Source: an uncultured delta proteobacterium | GTDB taxonomy: Bacteria > Desulfobacterota > Desulfomonilia > UBA1062 | Reading direction: 5' to 3' | DNA length: 64,000 nt | Assembly: GCA_963785235.1 (NCBI GenBank) | Contig: CAWAUM010000011.1 | Coordinates: 224,001-288,000, forward strand | In this document: positions 19,875-30,101 of the stretch, in pieces | Layout of the letters: every line of letters starts with the position of its first letter | How positions within the stretch are numbered: position 1 is the first letter of the stretch | Notes under the pieces: model-generated | Database searches by the model: none | Seen by the model: the letters and a program-made list of their open reading frames with translations, nothing else | Told to the model about the DNA's origin: nothing | Program-made: the position numbers and the translations under genes

Positions 19875-21080
19875 ATGAGATTCGCTATTCTCACCTTAGG
19901 ATGCAAGGTCAACCAATATGAAAGCCAGCGGATCAGGCAGGGGCTTGTCACAGCAGGCCACACGGAGCAGTCCTTTGCTGAACCCGGCGCCGAGTGTTAC
20001 ATCATCAATACCTGTACCATCACCCATAAGGCCGATGCTGAAACGCGCAGGGTAATCCGCAAGGCACTGAGCCTAGGCGGTAGGGTAATAGTAACAGGCT
20101 GCCAGGCTGTTGTAGATGCCAAAGGCATCAGGGAGGTCTCCGAGGCAATTGAGATAGCCACGCCGGATCATCTCTCCGAGATACTCCAGGTAGACCTGCC
20201 ATCCATTATTACAGGCTTCGGCGATCACCATCGGGCCTTTGTGAAGGTCCAGCAAGGATGTGACAAGTATTGCACGTACTGTATCGTCCCTTTTGCCAGA
20301 GGAAGGCCTGTGAGCAGGCCTTGGCAGGAGGTTGTCACTGAGGTGAGAACCCTTTATGATAAGGGTTTTCATGAGGTGGTGCTTACCGGGATCAATATCG
20401 GTCTGTATGAGGGAGGGCTTTCAAGGCTTGTGGAAAGGGTGCTTTCCCACACATCCATCCCAAGGATCAGGGTAAGCTCCATGGAACCCTGGACCGTTGA
20501 AGACGGGCTCATATCCATAATCAAGGACAACTCCAGGCTCTGCAAACACCTTCACCTGCCGTTGCAGCACGGAAGCGATTCCATTCTTCGAGTCATGGGA
20601 AGGCCGTATACGGCCTCATATTTCAGGTCACTCATAGACCGAATCAGGAATGCGCTACCTGAGGCTGCAATCGGCCTGGACGTTATCGTGGGATTCCCAG
20701 GTGAGGATGACAAATCTTTTGAGGAATCCTATAGCCTTATCGAAGACCTCTATGTAACCTATTTCCATGTCTTCCCCTTCTCGCCAAGGCAAGGCACTGC
20801 CGCCGCTCTACTGCCCGGACGCCCGGATGAGGCGGCTGTGAAGAAGAGGTCTTCCCACCTCAGGGCTTTATCCAGAGAAAAGAGGCATGCCTTTGCCTGT
20901 TCACGACAGGGCATGGTTGAGGAAGTGCTTGTCACCGGGATTTGTGAGGGGCATTTTCATGGAGTGACCTCGAATTATCTTACCGTTCAGGCCCAGGGTA
21001 GTGTAACGCCAGGAAACATTGTGAGCGTTCTTCTCAAAAGTATGGAAGGGCAAACCCTTACAGGAGAGCTCGTTGGATAA
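19875..21080 (+). CDS. mtaB: tRNA methylthiotransferase MtaB
   Basis: TLGCKVNQYES, INTCTIT, VQQGCDKYCTYC, IVGFPGE and HVFPFSPR. Confidence 0.9.
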   Translation: MRFAILTLGCKVNQYESQRIRQGLVTAGHTEQSFAEPGAECYIINTCTITHKADAETRRVIRKALSLGGRVIVTGCQAVVDAKGIREVSEAIEIATPDHLSEILQVDLPSIITGFGDHHRAFVKVQQGCDKYCTYCIVPFARGRPVSRPWQEVVTEVRTLYDKGFHEVVLTGINIGLYEGGLSRLVERVLSHTSIPRIRVSSMEPWTVEDGLISIIKDNSRLCKHLHLPLQHGSDSILRVMGRPYTASYFRSLIDRIRNALPEAAIGLDVIVGFPGEDDKSFEESYSLIEDLYVTYFHVFPFSPRQGTAAALLPGRPDEAAVKKRSSHLRALSREKRHAFACSRQGMVEEVLVTGICEGHFHGVTSNYLTVQAQGSVTPGNIVSVLLKSMEGQTLTGELVG

Positions 21081-22789
21081 CAGCACCCTGGTAGATTCCT
21101 TGCTTGAGATGGCATTCGCGTTAGAGTTCCTGGAAGAGAATCCTTTCAAGGCAAAGGCATATGAGAAGGCTGCCAGATCTCTGTCCGGAATTGCCACACC
21201 CATGGAAGAACTCATCGATACAGGCGCAATAAGCCATATAGAGGGAGTCGGAAAGACCATCGCCGCAACGCTTACGGCCTGGGTGAAGGATCATGATTTT
21301 TCTGCATTGAAAGATCTGCAAGCCAGGCTGCCAGGTGGATTCGATGAATTGATAAAGGTGCCGGGGCTCGGGATGAAGAGGCTGAAGCTCCTGTCTAAGG
21401 AGCTTAACATCTCTACACTTGATGAGCTTCTTGAGGCAATAAATACGAGCAGGCTTTCATCCGTTAAGGGTTTCTCCGATAAAAGCATTGCCAAGCTCAG
21501 AGGCTCTGTGCAGGCTATCCTCGATTACCGGGGATGGTTTCTGCTTGATGCCGGGTGGGACTGGGCAGCAACTTATATATCACTCCTTAAGGATAGCGGA
21601 CTTAATGTGCAGGTCAGTGGTGTCTGCCGCAGGTCCATGGAGATTATCTCTGCCATCGACCTCCTCGTAGAAGATGGCCCCGGTATGCATGACGCACTTG
21701 TTCAGTGCATTACCGGCATCCCTGATATGCAGCTTGTCCACGATGGGGCCGTACTTGTGGCGACATATCCCGGCAAGCCCCCTGCAAGGATCCACACCGT
21801 ATCTCAGGCCTTGGTTGTACCTGCCCTGTTTATCACAACCGGCTCGGATGCCCATGTGGAAATGGTGAACAGGCACGGGGCGCTGCGATCCGTCCGGGTC
21901 AGCTATGAAGGGGTCTTTAAAGACGAGGTGCTTGTGCCTATTCAAGCCGAATGGGAGATTTATGATCTGTTCGGCATGCACTACCTCCCACCCGAGGTAA
22001 GGGAGGGCAGGCCCATGGAGATGGACCTTGCCTTGAACTGCAGTGTGCCTGAGCTTATTGTGCAAGAAGACCTGAAAGGTATCATCCATGTCCATTCCAC
22101 CTATAGCGACGGCAAGGCTACGTCTGGCCGACATGGTGCAGGGCGCTCATGAGAGAGGTTATTCCTGGATAGGCATCTCTGATCACAGCAAGAGCGCCTA
22201 TTATGCAGGTGGATTGAGCGTGAAGGACCTGAAGCGGCAGTTCGAGGAAATCCATGAGCTCTCCCACATATTCCCTGATATGACGATCTTCAAGGGGATC
22301 GAATCCGATATCCTGCCCGACGGCTCACTGGATTATCCTCAGGCCGTGCTCAAACAATTCGATTTTGTCATTGCCAGCATCCATTCCCACATGGATATGG
22401 ACAGATCGACCATGACAGAGCGTATCATAAAGGCCATCCGCAATCCCTTTACCACCATACTTGGCCACCCCACAGGCAGGGTACTGCTTGCCCGCAGGCC
22501 CTATGAGGTGGATATGGCCGCAGTTCTGGCAGAGGCGGCAGGCCTTGGTGTCATAGTGGAGCTCAATGCCAACCCCTTAAGGCTCGACCTGGACTGGCGA
22601 CTTATGCCGGACTTCACTGCAAAGGGAGGGCGTGTTGTCATAGCACCTGATGCCCATAGCGTTTCCGGGCTTGATGATATGCGTTATGGCCTGGCCATTG
22701 CCAGGAAAGGCCTGCTCTTAAGGGACTCCTGCATGAATGCACTCAGTGCCCGGGAAGCGAGGGAGGCGTTTAAAATCAGGTGGTCATAG
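21073..22789 (+). CDS. polX: DNA polymerase X / PHP domain protein (frameshift near 22120)
   Basis: ENPFKAKAYEKAA, HhH motifs and TGSDAH; PHP domain with HVHSTYSDG, SDHS, GIESDI, HPTGR and DAH. Confidence 0.88.
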
Positions 22790-23686
22790 AGTGCGCCGGT
22801 GTTTCTTACTGCTATGAGGTCGCGCTGGCGATGAATGGGCGCTTGTTGATATGGACCTGAAGATCGGCCAGGGTGAAAAGGTCGTCATCGCAGGGCCGGC
22901 AGGATCAGGAAAGACCACCCTGCTGCAACTGCTGGATGCACTGATCCTGCCCACCAAAGGAGACATCCTCTATGACGGTATCAGTGTGCGTACACTCGCC
23001 AGGAAGAAGGGCCTTACAATGGTGCGCAGGCGTATGGGGGTCCTATTCCAGTTCCCTGAAGACCAGTTTTTCCAGGAGACTGCTTATGACGAGCTTGTCT
23101 TTGCCATGAGGAATTTTTATCGACCTCACAAGGGGAGTTGGAAGAAAGGGCATACCATGTCACTGCGGGTTTCGGCCTTGAGCTTGAGCGGCTCAAAAAC
23201 ACGTCGCCATTTCGTTTGAGCTCAGGAGAGAAGCGAAAACTCGCCTTAGCATCCGCCCTCATGATAGGCCCTGAGATATTGATGCTGGATGAACCCACAG
23301 CAGGCCTCGATGCCTCAGGCAGGCGCGAACTTACGGGTATGATATCTTCACTTGCGGATACAACCGTCATCATTGTCACCCACAACCAGGAGGATTTCCT
23401 CTCTCTGAATGATCGTTTTATCGGTATCACTTCAGGCAGAAAGGTCATTGATGTGAGGAAGGAGGAACTTCTTGATAAGATCGAGGCCATGGATGCCTCC
23501 GGTATCGATGCCCCGCTTGTACTCCTGGTCCAGCACTGGCTAAAACGCTCAGGCCTTGCATTGGATCATACCTTTTATGAAATGGATGAACTCATTGGCT
23601 TTCTCAGGGAAAAAAGTGCTCATGAAAAGTGCTTTAAGGAAGCCAATCATCCTCTACTTGTCGTTACCCTTTTGTGTATTGACTAA
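22780..23686 (+). CDS. Energy-coupling factor transporter ATPase (frameshifts near 22820 and 23130)
   Basis: GPAGSGKTT, FQFPEDQFF, SPFRLSSGEKRK and LDEPTAGLD; likely GTG start at 22780 (VVIECAGVSYCY). Confidence 0.8.
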
Positions 23687-23707
23687 TACCACCTTCAGTC
23701 TTAATCT
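23679..23707 (+). promoter_or_regulatory. Candidate sigma70 promoter
   Basis: TTGACT-17 nt-TAATCT just upstream of GGAGG and the ATG at 23731. Confidence 0.5.
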
Positions 23708-23730
23708 ATTGTTTCATGGAGGATACACCC

Positions 23731-24247
23731 ATGTCGAGCTTTGTTGAAATGAAGGTGGCAGGCATTGCGCTTGACCCCACCAACAATGCCCCCATCGTGG
23801 TCCTGCGTGACCTTGATGGCAAGTTCATCCTCCCCATCTGGATCGGCATTATGGAGGCAAGCGCCATAGCTTCAGCACTTGAAGGGGTTCAGTATTCAAG
23901 GCCCATGACCCATGATCTTTTCAGGTCTTTCATCGAAACGTTAGGCGCCACCATTGAAAAGATAGAGGTAGTTGATATCAGGGACAATGTATTCTATGCA
24001 CTTATCACCATCATCCATGGCGGAAACCGTCTTACCATTGATGCGAGGCCATCGGATGCCATAGCCATAGCGCTTCGCACCAAGTCCGCCATCTTTGTGG
24101 CAAGTCATGTGATAAAAGACGCCATCCACCTGGACTCCAAGAGCAAGTGCCGGCAAGGTCATGGTGGGGTTCGAGCAGGATACCGAGAAGCTCAAGGAGA
24201 TCCTTGAGAAGATGAATCCGGAGGACTTCGGTAAGTTCAAGGCTTAG
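23731..24247 (+). CDS. Bifunctional nuclease family protein (DUF151); frameshift near 24150
   Basis: LPIWIG, RPMTHDL and DARPSDAIA; the typical tail LEKMNPEDFGKFKA is in a shifted frame ending at TAG 24247. Confidence 0.88.
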
Positions 24248-24305
24248 CCTCTTTCGGCATTTTGTATTGATAGACTTGGCTGCATCGTGTATTTCCCATT
24301 GATAT

Positions 24306-26621
24306 ATGCATGCCCATGACTCTGCTCATCAAAAGGCGAAAAAGATCAGCAAGGCCATCTTCGAGACCATTGTCGAGATGGCATATGAGGGCATCTTTGT
24401 ATATCAGGGTCGCCGGTTTTTCTATGTAAACACCGCATTTGAGCGCATGCTTGGATATTCTGCCGAGGAACTCGATGAAATGGGTTTCAAGGATGTATTG
24501 GATGCAAGCTCTTCCGCCCTTATGGAACAGCGTTATCTTGCCCTGATCAGGGGTGAGGATATCCGCCCAAGGCGCGTGGACGTGATCTTCCGGACCAGGA
24601 CCGGACATGAACGCATCATCTCGCTGTCCACATCGGCCATCACCCTGGTCGGCGGTATCAGGGCCACCCTGAATATCGCCCGCGACATCACCAGGCGCAA
24701 AGGTATGGAAAACAGCCTGGAGTCAACGAACAAATTTCTGGCCGGTCTCATTGCAAGTTCATCCGATGCCATCGTTGCCTCTGACCTGAAGGGAAGGGCA
24801 CTAATCTTTAACAAGGCAGCCGAGGAGATCACGGGGTATAGCGCCGAGGACATGCTCAACCACAAAACCAACATAGCCGATTTCATGGTGCCGGGCGAGC
24901 GTGACCGGATCCTGGCCATCCTGGATGAGGGCACCGAGGAGGTCCCCAGGTGGGTCGTGGGCGAAGAGACCTCAATCTACCACAAGGACGGTACACTCGT
25001 CCCCATATCGATTTCCGTGTCCTATCTGTATTCCGAAGAGAAACCCGTCGCAGCCATCAGCGTCTTCCGCGACCTCAGGCCCTTGAAGAAGGTGGAGAAT
25101 AAGCTCCGGGAGTCGGTGCAGAAATACCAGATGCTTGTGGAAAAGACCGCCGACGGTATCTTTGTCTACCAGGATCATTGCTTCAAATACACCAATCCTG
25201 CGTTCAGGGAGTTGCTTGGTTATAATGAAGAGGAACTCCTGCACAAGGGTCTCAAAGATATCGTGAGGCCGGAGCTGGCCGGGATGATCGAGGCGCGTTA
25301 TACCAAACGAATCCAGGGTGAAAAGGTGCCGGACCAGTACGAGATTGCCCTGTGCAGCAAAGACGGCAACTGGCGCGCCTTTGAGATCACTCCTTCGGTC
25401 ATCGAGTATGAAGGCGGACTTGCGACCCAGAATGTAATAAGGGACATAACCCAAAAGAGAGAGGCCCAGAAGGCGCTTCGTGCCAGTGAGTCCAAGTACC
25501 GAGCCACCGTGGAGCATACCGGCACGGCCATGATGATCCTGAATGAAGACTACACGATAACCTTTGCGAATAACCAGCTGGAAAAGCTCAGCGGTTACAC
25601 CAAGGAGGAGATCGAAGGTAAGATGCACTGGACCGATGTGGTGCATCCCGATGACGTGGAACGCATGAAGGGCTACCACATGGCCAGGAGGCAAGGGGAT
25701 AAGGATGCTCCATCCCAGTATGAGTTCCGGTTCATAGACAAGGCAGGCAATGTCAGGGACTCCTTCCTCACCATAGGCATGATACCCGGCACCAGGCAGA
25801 GCATTGTCTCCATCATGGACATTACCCAGATCAAGCAGATGCAGCGCGAGCTGGAGCAGACAAGGAAGATGGCCATCTTAGGCGAGATGTCCGCCCATGT
25901 GGCCCATGAGGTAAGAAACCCGCTGCAGAAGATTAAGACCGGTGTCGAGCTGCTGTCCAACTCATTATCGGTGGATGAGCGGCAGCGCAGACAACTCGAC
26001 GGAGTGAAGCACGGGGTGGACAACCTGGAAAAGTTCGTCACCCAGATCCTCGAATGGACGCGCTCGGGTGAACTCAGGCCCAGGCCTCACCGCATCAGCA
26101 ATATCATTGATGGCCTGCTGTTCAACATTGAGGACGCCTTCAGTCTAAAAGAGGTTAAGGTCCAGACCTTCTATGACCCGGATGCCGACATTGTTGTCGT
26201 GGACGGCATCCAGCTCCGGCAGGTCTTTGGAAACATCATAGATAACGCCCTGGATGCCATGCCCCATGGAGGGTCGTTGAAAATCTCCTCAACCTTCGTT
26301 CCCAGGCACCCCTTTGCGGCAGGGAAAGAGGTTGTTGTCCTTGATGCCTCTGAGATACGCATTGAAGATACCGGCAGCGGCATTGCCAAGGAAGACCTGG
26401 AACGTATATTCCAGCCTTTCTTTACAAAGAAGGCCAAGGGAACCGGGCTTGGTCTTGCCCTGGTGAAGAAGGTCATTGACATGCACCACGGCGAGGTTGA
26501 GGCCTTAAGCGCCAAAGGCAAGGGCTCTGAGTTTATTATCAGGATCCCCTGTGAAAAGGGTGGTTCCTTGCGGGCTTCAGACAGCCGGACAGTCGGGGCC
26601 CATAAAAAACACAAAGGCTAA
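24306..26621 (+). CDS. Cytoplasmic multi-PAS sensor histidine kinase
   Basis: About four PAS repeats, H-box AHEVRNPL, N-box NIIDNA, DTGSG, FFTKK and GTGLGL; no TM segment seen. Confidence 0.93.
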   Translation: MHAHDSAHQKAKKISKAIFETIVEMAYEGIFVYQGRRFFYVNTAFERMLGYSAEELDEMGFKDVLDASSSALMEQRYLALIRGEDIRPRRVDVIFRTRTGHERIISLSTSAITLVGGIRATLNIARDITRRKGMENSLESTNKFLAGLIASSSDAIVASDLKGRALIFNKAAEEITGYSAEDMLNHKTNIADFMVPGERDRILAILDEGTEEVPRWVVGEETSIYHKDGTLVPISISVSYLYSEEKPVAAISVFRDLRPLKKVENKLRESVQKYQMLVEKTADGIFVYQDHCFKYTNPAFRELLGYNEEELLHKGLKDIVRPELAGMIEARYTKRIQGEKVPDQYEIALCSKDGNWRAFEITPSVIEYEGGLATQNVIRDITQKREAQKALRASESKYRATVEHTGTAMMILNEDYTITFANNQLEKLSGYTKEEIEGKMHWTDVVHPDDVERMKGYHMARRQGDKDAPSQYEFRFIDKAGNVRDSFLTIGMIPGTRQSIVSIMDITQIKQMQRELEQTRKMAILGEMSAHVAHEVRNPLQKIKTGVELLSNSLSVDERQRRQLDGVKHGVDNLEKFVTQILEWTRSGELRPRPHRISNIIDGLLFNIEDAFSLKEVKVQTFYDPDADIVVVDGIQLRQVFGNIIDNALDAMPHGGSLKISSTFVPRHPFAAGKEVVVLDASEIRIEDTGSGIAKEDLERIFQPFFTKKAKGTGLGLALVKKVIDMHHGEVEALSAKGKGSEFIIRIPCEKGGSLRASDSRTVGAHKKHKG

Positions 26622-26629
26622 GGAGACGC

Positions 26630-28073
26630 GTGGAAGATAAAAAAAAGGTCCTGCTCGTGGATGATGAAGAGGTATTTCTTGAACAACTCAAGGACGCCCT
26701 TGAAAACTCGAGCCTTGACCTCCAGATAGATACCGCATCCGACGGTGTGGAGGCCCTGGAGAAGATAGAGGCGAATCACCATGACATCGTCATCACGGAC
26801 GTCAAGATGCCCAGGATGGACGGGTATAGCCTCCTGAAAGAGATCCAGAACCGCTTCCCGTCCACCTATGTTGTGGTGATCACCGCATTCGGGAGCATAT
26901 CCGGGGCGGTTGAGGCCATTAAGTACGGGGCGTATGACTTCCTGGAAAAACCTTTCAACATGGACTCGCTTGAGATATCGCTGACCAAGATCCTCAGGCA
27001 GCACGAGATCCTCAAAGAAAATATCGTCCTCAAGGGTCAGATCCAGCAGCACACCGAGGGGCTGGACCAGCTTGTGGGGTCCCATCCCAAGATGCAGAGG
27101 CTCTATGAGCAGATACTGACCGCCTCAGAGACGGACCTCACCGTGCTCATTTTAGGTGAGACCGGCACCGGAAAGGAGCTCATCGCCCGTTCCATCCACT
27201 CCAGGAGTGACAGACGCTCCAAGCCCTTTGTGGTGATCAACTGCGCCGCCATACCCGAGAACCTTCTGGAATCGGAATTCTTCGGCCACGAGAAGGGGGC
27301 CTTCAGCGGCGCCATTTCCCAGAGGATAGGCAAGTTCGAAAAGGCCCATACCGGCACGCTCTTCCTCGATGAGATAGGCGACATCCCGCTGGACCTCCAG
27401 GCCAAGATCCTGCGCGTGATAGAAGACCACAAGATCACGCGCATCGGCAGCAACCGCGAGGTGGAGCTGGACTTCCGGGTGATCTGCGCCACGAACCGGC
27501 CCATCCAGGACATGATCAAGAAGGAGCTTTTCAGGGAAGACCTCTACTACCGCATCAGCGTTTTCCCCATCATCGTTCCGCCTCTGCGGGATCGGAAGGA
27601 AGATATCTCGCTGCTCTCCGGCCATTTTATCGCCAAGAATCTCAAGAGGCTCAACTCCAGTGTAAAGGGGATCTCGCCAAAGGCCATGGATCAGCTTACC
27701 GCATATCCGTGGCCGGGCAATGTCCGGGAGCTGGAGAACAGTATCCAGCACGCCATGGTCTCTACCCGCGCCGAGCTCATCACCGGATTCTCCGAACTGC
27801 GCAATGTCGCGGTGGGCACACAGGCCAGCGCCGCCCATATCCATGACAGAGGAGCCCACCATATGGGTGGAGGCAGGCGAAGGGAACGACTATCATACCA
27901 TCAAGCAGACCCTGCTTGAGCAGTTCGAACGGAAGTATCTTGCCCACCTGCTGGATAAGCACGGCGGCGTCATTGCCGAGGCGGCCAGGGAGTCGGGCCT
28001 GAATTACAAGACATTCTACCTGAAGGTGGAGAAGTATCAGCTCACCAGGAAGAGAGAAAGAATACCGCAGTGA
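26630..28073 (+). CDS. Sigma54-dependent response regulator (NtrC family); frameshift near 27830
   Basis: Receiver domain (LVDDE, TDVKMP), GETGTGKE, GAFSGA, LFLDEIGD and WPGNVREL; Fis-type HTH in the shifted frame. Confidence 0.92.
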
Positions 28074-28113
28074 TGCCAGAAAAATAGTATACACAAGATC
28101 GAGAAGTACCTTT

Positions 28114-28253
28114 TAATCTGGAGGTTGCAGTTGAAAGTGCCCATGAGCACTCCATGCCCTTCGTGAGCGGCTTAAGCATAAGACTCATGGTGGTGATCTA
28201 TAATATTTTAACGGATTAAGTTTTAACACATCCTGAATGCAAAATCCGGGTTA
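28114..28253 (-). mobile_element. MITE-like repeat, copy F (hairpin mostly lost)
   Basis: Imperfect terminal inverted repeats TAATCTGGAGGTTGCA / TGCAAAATCCGGGTTA (12/16 match); collinear with copy A on the minus strand. Confidence 0.65.
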
Positions 28254-28289
28254 TTGTTGTCTCCCGGAGACAACATACCCACAAAGCTC

Positions 28290-28318
28290 TTGACAGACAT
28301 ACCCTGCCCATATATTAA
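28290..28318 (+). promoter_or_regulatory. Candidate sigma70 promoter of rpsT
   Basis: TTGACA at 28290-28295 and TATATTAA at 28311-28318; AGGAGG RBS downstream. Confidence 0.55.
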
Positions 28319-28360
28319 GATTCACTTCGTAGCAGTGATACTAAGGAGGATACAGAGTTA

Positions 28361-28627
28361 ATGGCTAACCATGCTTCAGCCCTGAAGAGACAGCGCCAGA
28401 GTGAAAAACGGCGTTCAAGGAATAGAGGTCACAAGTCCGCTATTAATACGACCGTCAAGAAGGTTCTCACTTCTATAAGCGCCAAAGAATCTGATAAGGC
28501 ACGTGAATTATCCCGTGAGGCAGTGGCCCTAATGGACAGCGCCGTTACCAAGGGTGTGCTGCACAGGAAGACCGCTTCCCGGAAGATCTCACGCCTCACC
28601 AAGATGGTGAACGCCCAGGTTTCTTAA
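28361..28627 (+). CDS. rpsT: 30S ribosomal protein S20
   Basis: MANHASALKRQRQSEKRRSRN...KGVLHRKTASRKISRL. Confidence 0.97.
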   Translation: MANHASALKRQRQSEKRRSRNRGHKSAINTTVKKVLTSISAKESDKARELSREAVALMDSAVTKGVLHRKTASRKISRLTKMVNAQVS

Positions 28628-28630
28628 GGC

Positions 28631-29628
28631 TTAAGGCCTGCCGGATATCCTTCCCTCATTCCTGGGGGAAAGCACAAGCCGCCCGATCAATTCGGTCAGG
28701 GCCGCATATACGTGTATCAGTGAGCTCGATTTTATCTGTTGTTCTATCCCGCGGACATCTTTAAGCAGAGTGGTAAGTTGCGCAATGCTCCATGAGGACT
28801 TGCGCCTCATGGCCTTGTCTGCCACGAAGTCGTGGATCTTCATCTTCTTCCAGTCGTGTGCCGGAAAGCACTACATAGTGGGTGATGATCTGGTTTTCTA
28901 TCCTGCTGATTATCTCCAGCTCGGCGACACCTGAGAGCTCAAGTTCATAGAGGCGTGACAGGGCATCCTTTTTCCGGTCGAACAGCGCATCAAGGAATGC
29001 AAATATTACGGGTTCATGCGTGCGCATGACTGCCTCATGAACATCCTTGCCGGTTATGGAGGGGCTCTGGTGGGCGTACAGGCACAGTTTCTGAATCTCG
29101 CTGTCCAGATACCACATGCTGCTTCCCCCGGTCATGTCGGCAAGCAGCACGGCAGCATCCCTGTCAATCTTCTTCCCATGCAGCGGCGTCCTTTCCATGA
29201 TCCAGTTGATTCGCTCGCCCCTGTTCTTGATGGACTCGAAACGGACTATCTCAGCCTTGCCATCGAATTTCTTGATAAGCTTGTTCAGTTCCTTATCCGT
29301 CTTCTCAATCTCCATGAATCAGGATGAAGGTTGTGATTTCGCATGGATTATCAAGGTAGAGTATCACCTGGTCCAGCTGCTTGGCAGAAAGCTTCTGGCC
29401 GTTTTTGATGATGACGACCCTTTGCTCAGACAGGAAGGGCATGGTGTTGCACAGGCTTATGATCTCATTCATACTCAGGTCTTCTTCAGCGTTGAAGGTA
29501 GCCCAGTTCATGGATATGTTCTCGCCCAGCTGTTGTTTTAATCTTACGAGCTCCTCCTCAACAAGGAACGTCTCCTGGGCTATGAAAACGGAATTGGAAA
29601 GCGGGCTTTGAGGTTTCTTTGTGCTCAT
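28631..29628 (-). CDS. holA: DNA polymerase III subunit delta (three fragments, two frameshifts)
   Basis: TMPFLSEQRVVII, YLDNP and EIQKLCLY; conserved leuS-lptE-holA-rpsT context. Confidence 0.85.
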
Positions 29629-30101
29629 AGCTGCAGTACTGCAACGGCCCGGGCGATCTGCAGGGAGACCTGTCTGCAGGCCTCATCCAGGGCATCTTCG
29701 TCCTGGCCTCCTTCTGAGAAGGTCCCGGTATCGGAAAAGGTTGCCTGCCAGAGGGACTTACCCGAGGTATCGCTTAAGTTTGCAAGCACACTGATGGTAA
29801 GCCGGTAACGGTTCCCGCTCTTGAGTGAGTTGGAGGTGATGGTCTCGCGGGATGAAGATACCATGGAGCATGTGAGTCTGTATTTTGCGTCTTTGTTTGA
29901 TATCATGCCCATGGAGGCGAATGACTGCTCCAGGAATGAGTCCAGCACAATGGCGGCCTCACGAAGATGGGTCTTGTTCGTGCTCGGGTCCAGGGCGATC
30001 TTTCTGCCGCCCTCGGCCCCTTCCGGCAAAAATCCGTATCTGCAGGAGATAAGGCTACTTGCCAGCAGCAACAATAATATTAATGATCTTGTTCGGGACA
30101 T
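29625..30101 (-). CDS. lptE: LptE-family lipoprotein
   Basis: Lipobox-like LISC-RYGF; lies between leuS and holA. Confidence 0.75.
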   Translation of the reverse strand: MSRTRSLILLLLLASSLISCRYGFLPEGAEGGRKIALDPSTNKTHLREAAIVLDSFLEQSFASMGMISNKDAKYRLTCSMVSSSRETITSNSLKSGNRYRLTISVLANLSDTSGKSLWQATFSDTGTFSEGGQDEDALDEACRQVSLQIARAVAVLQL

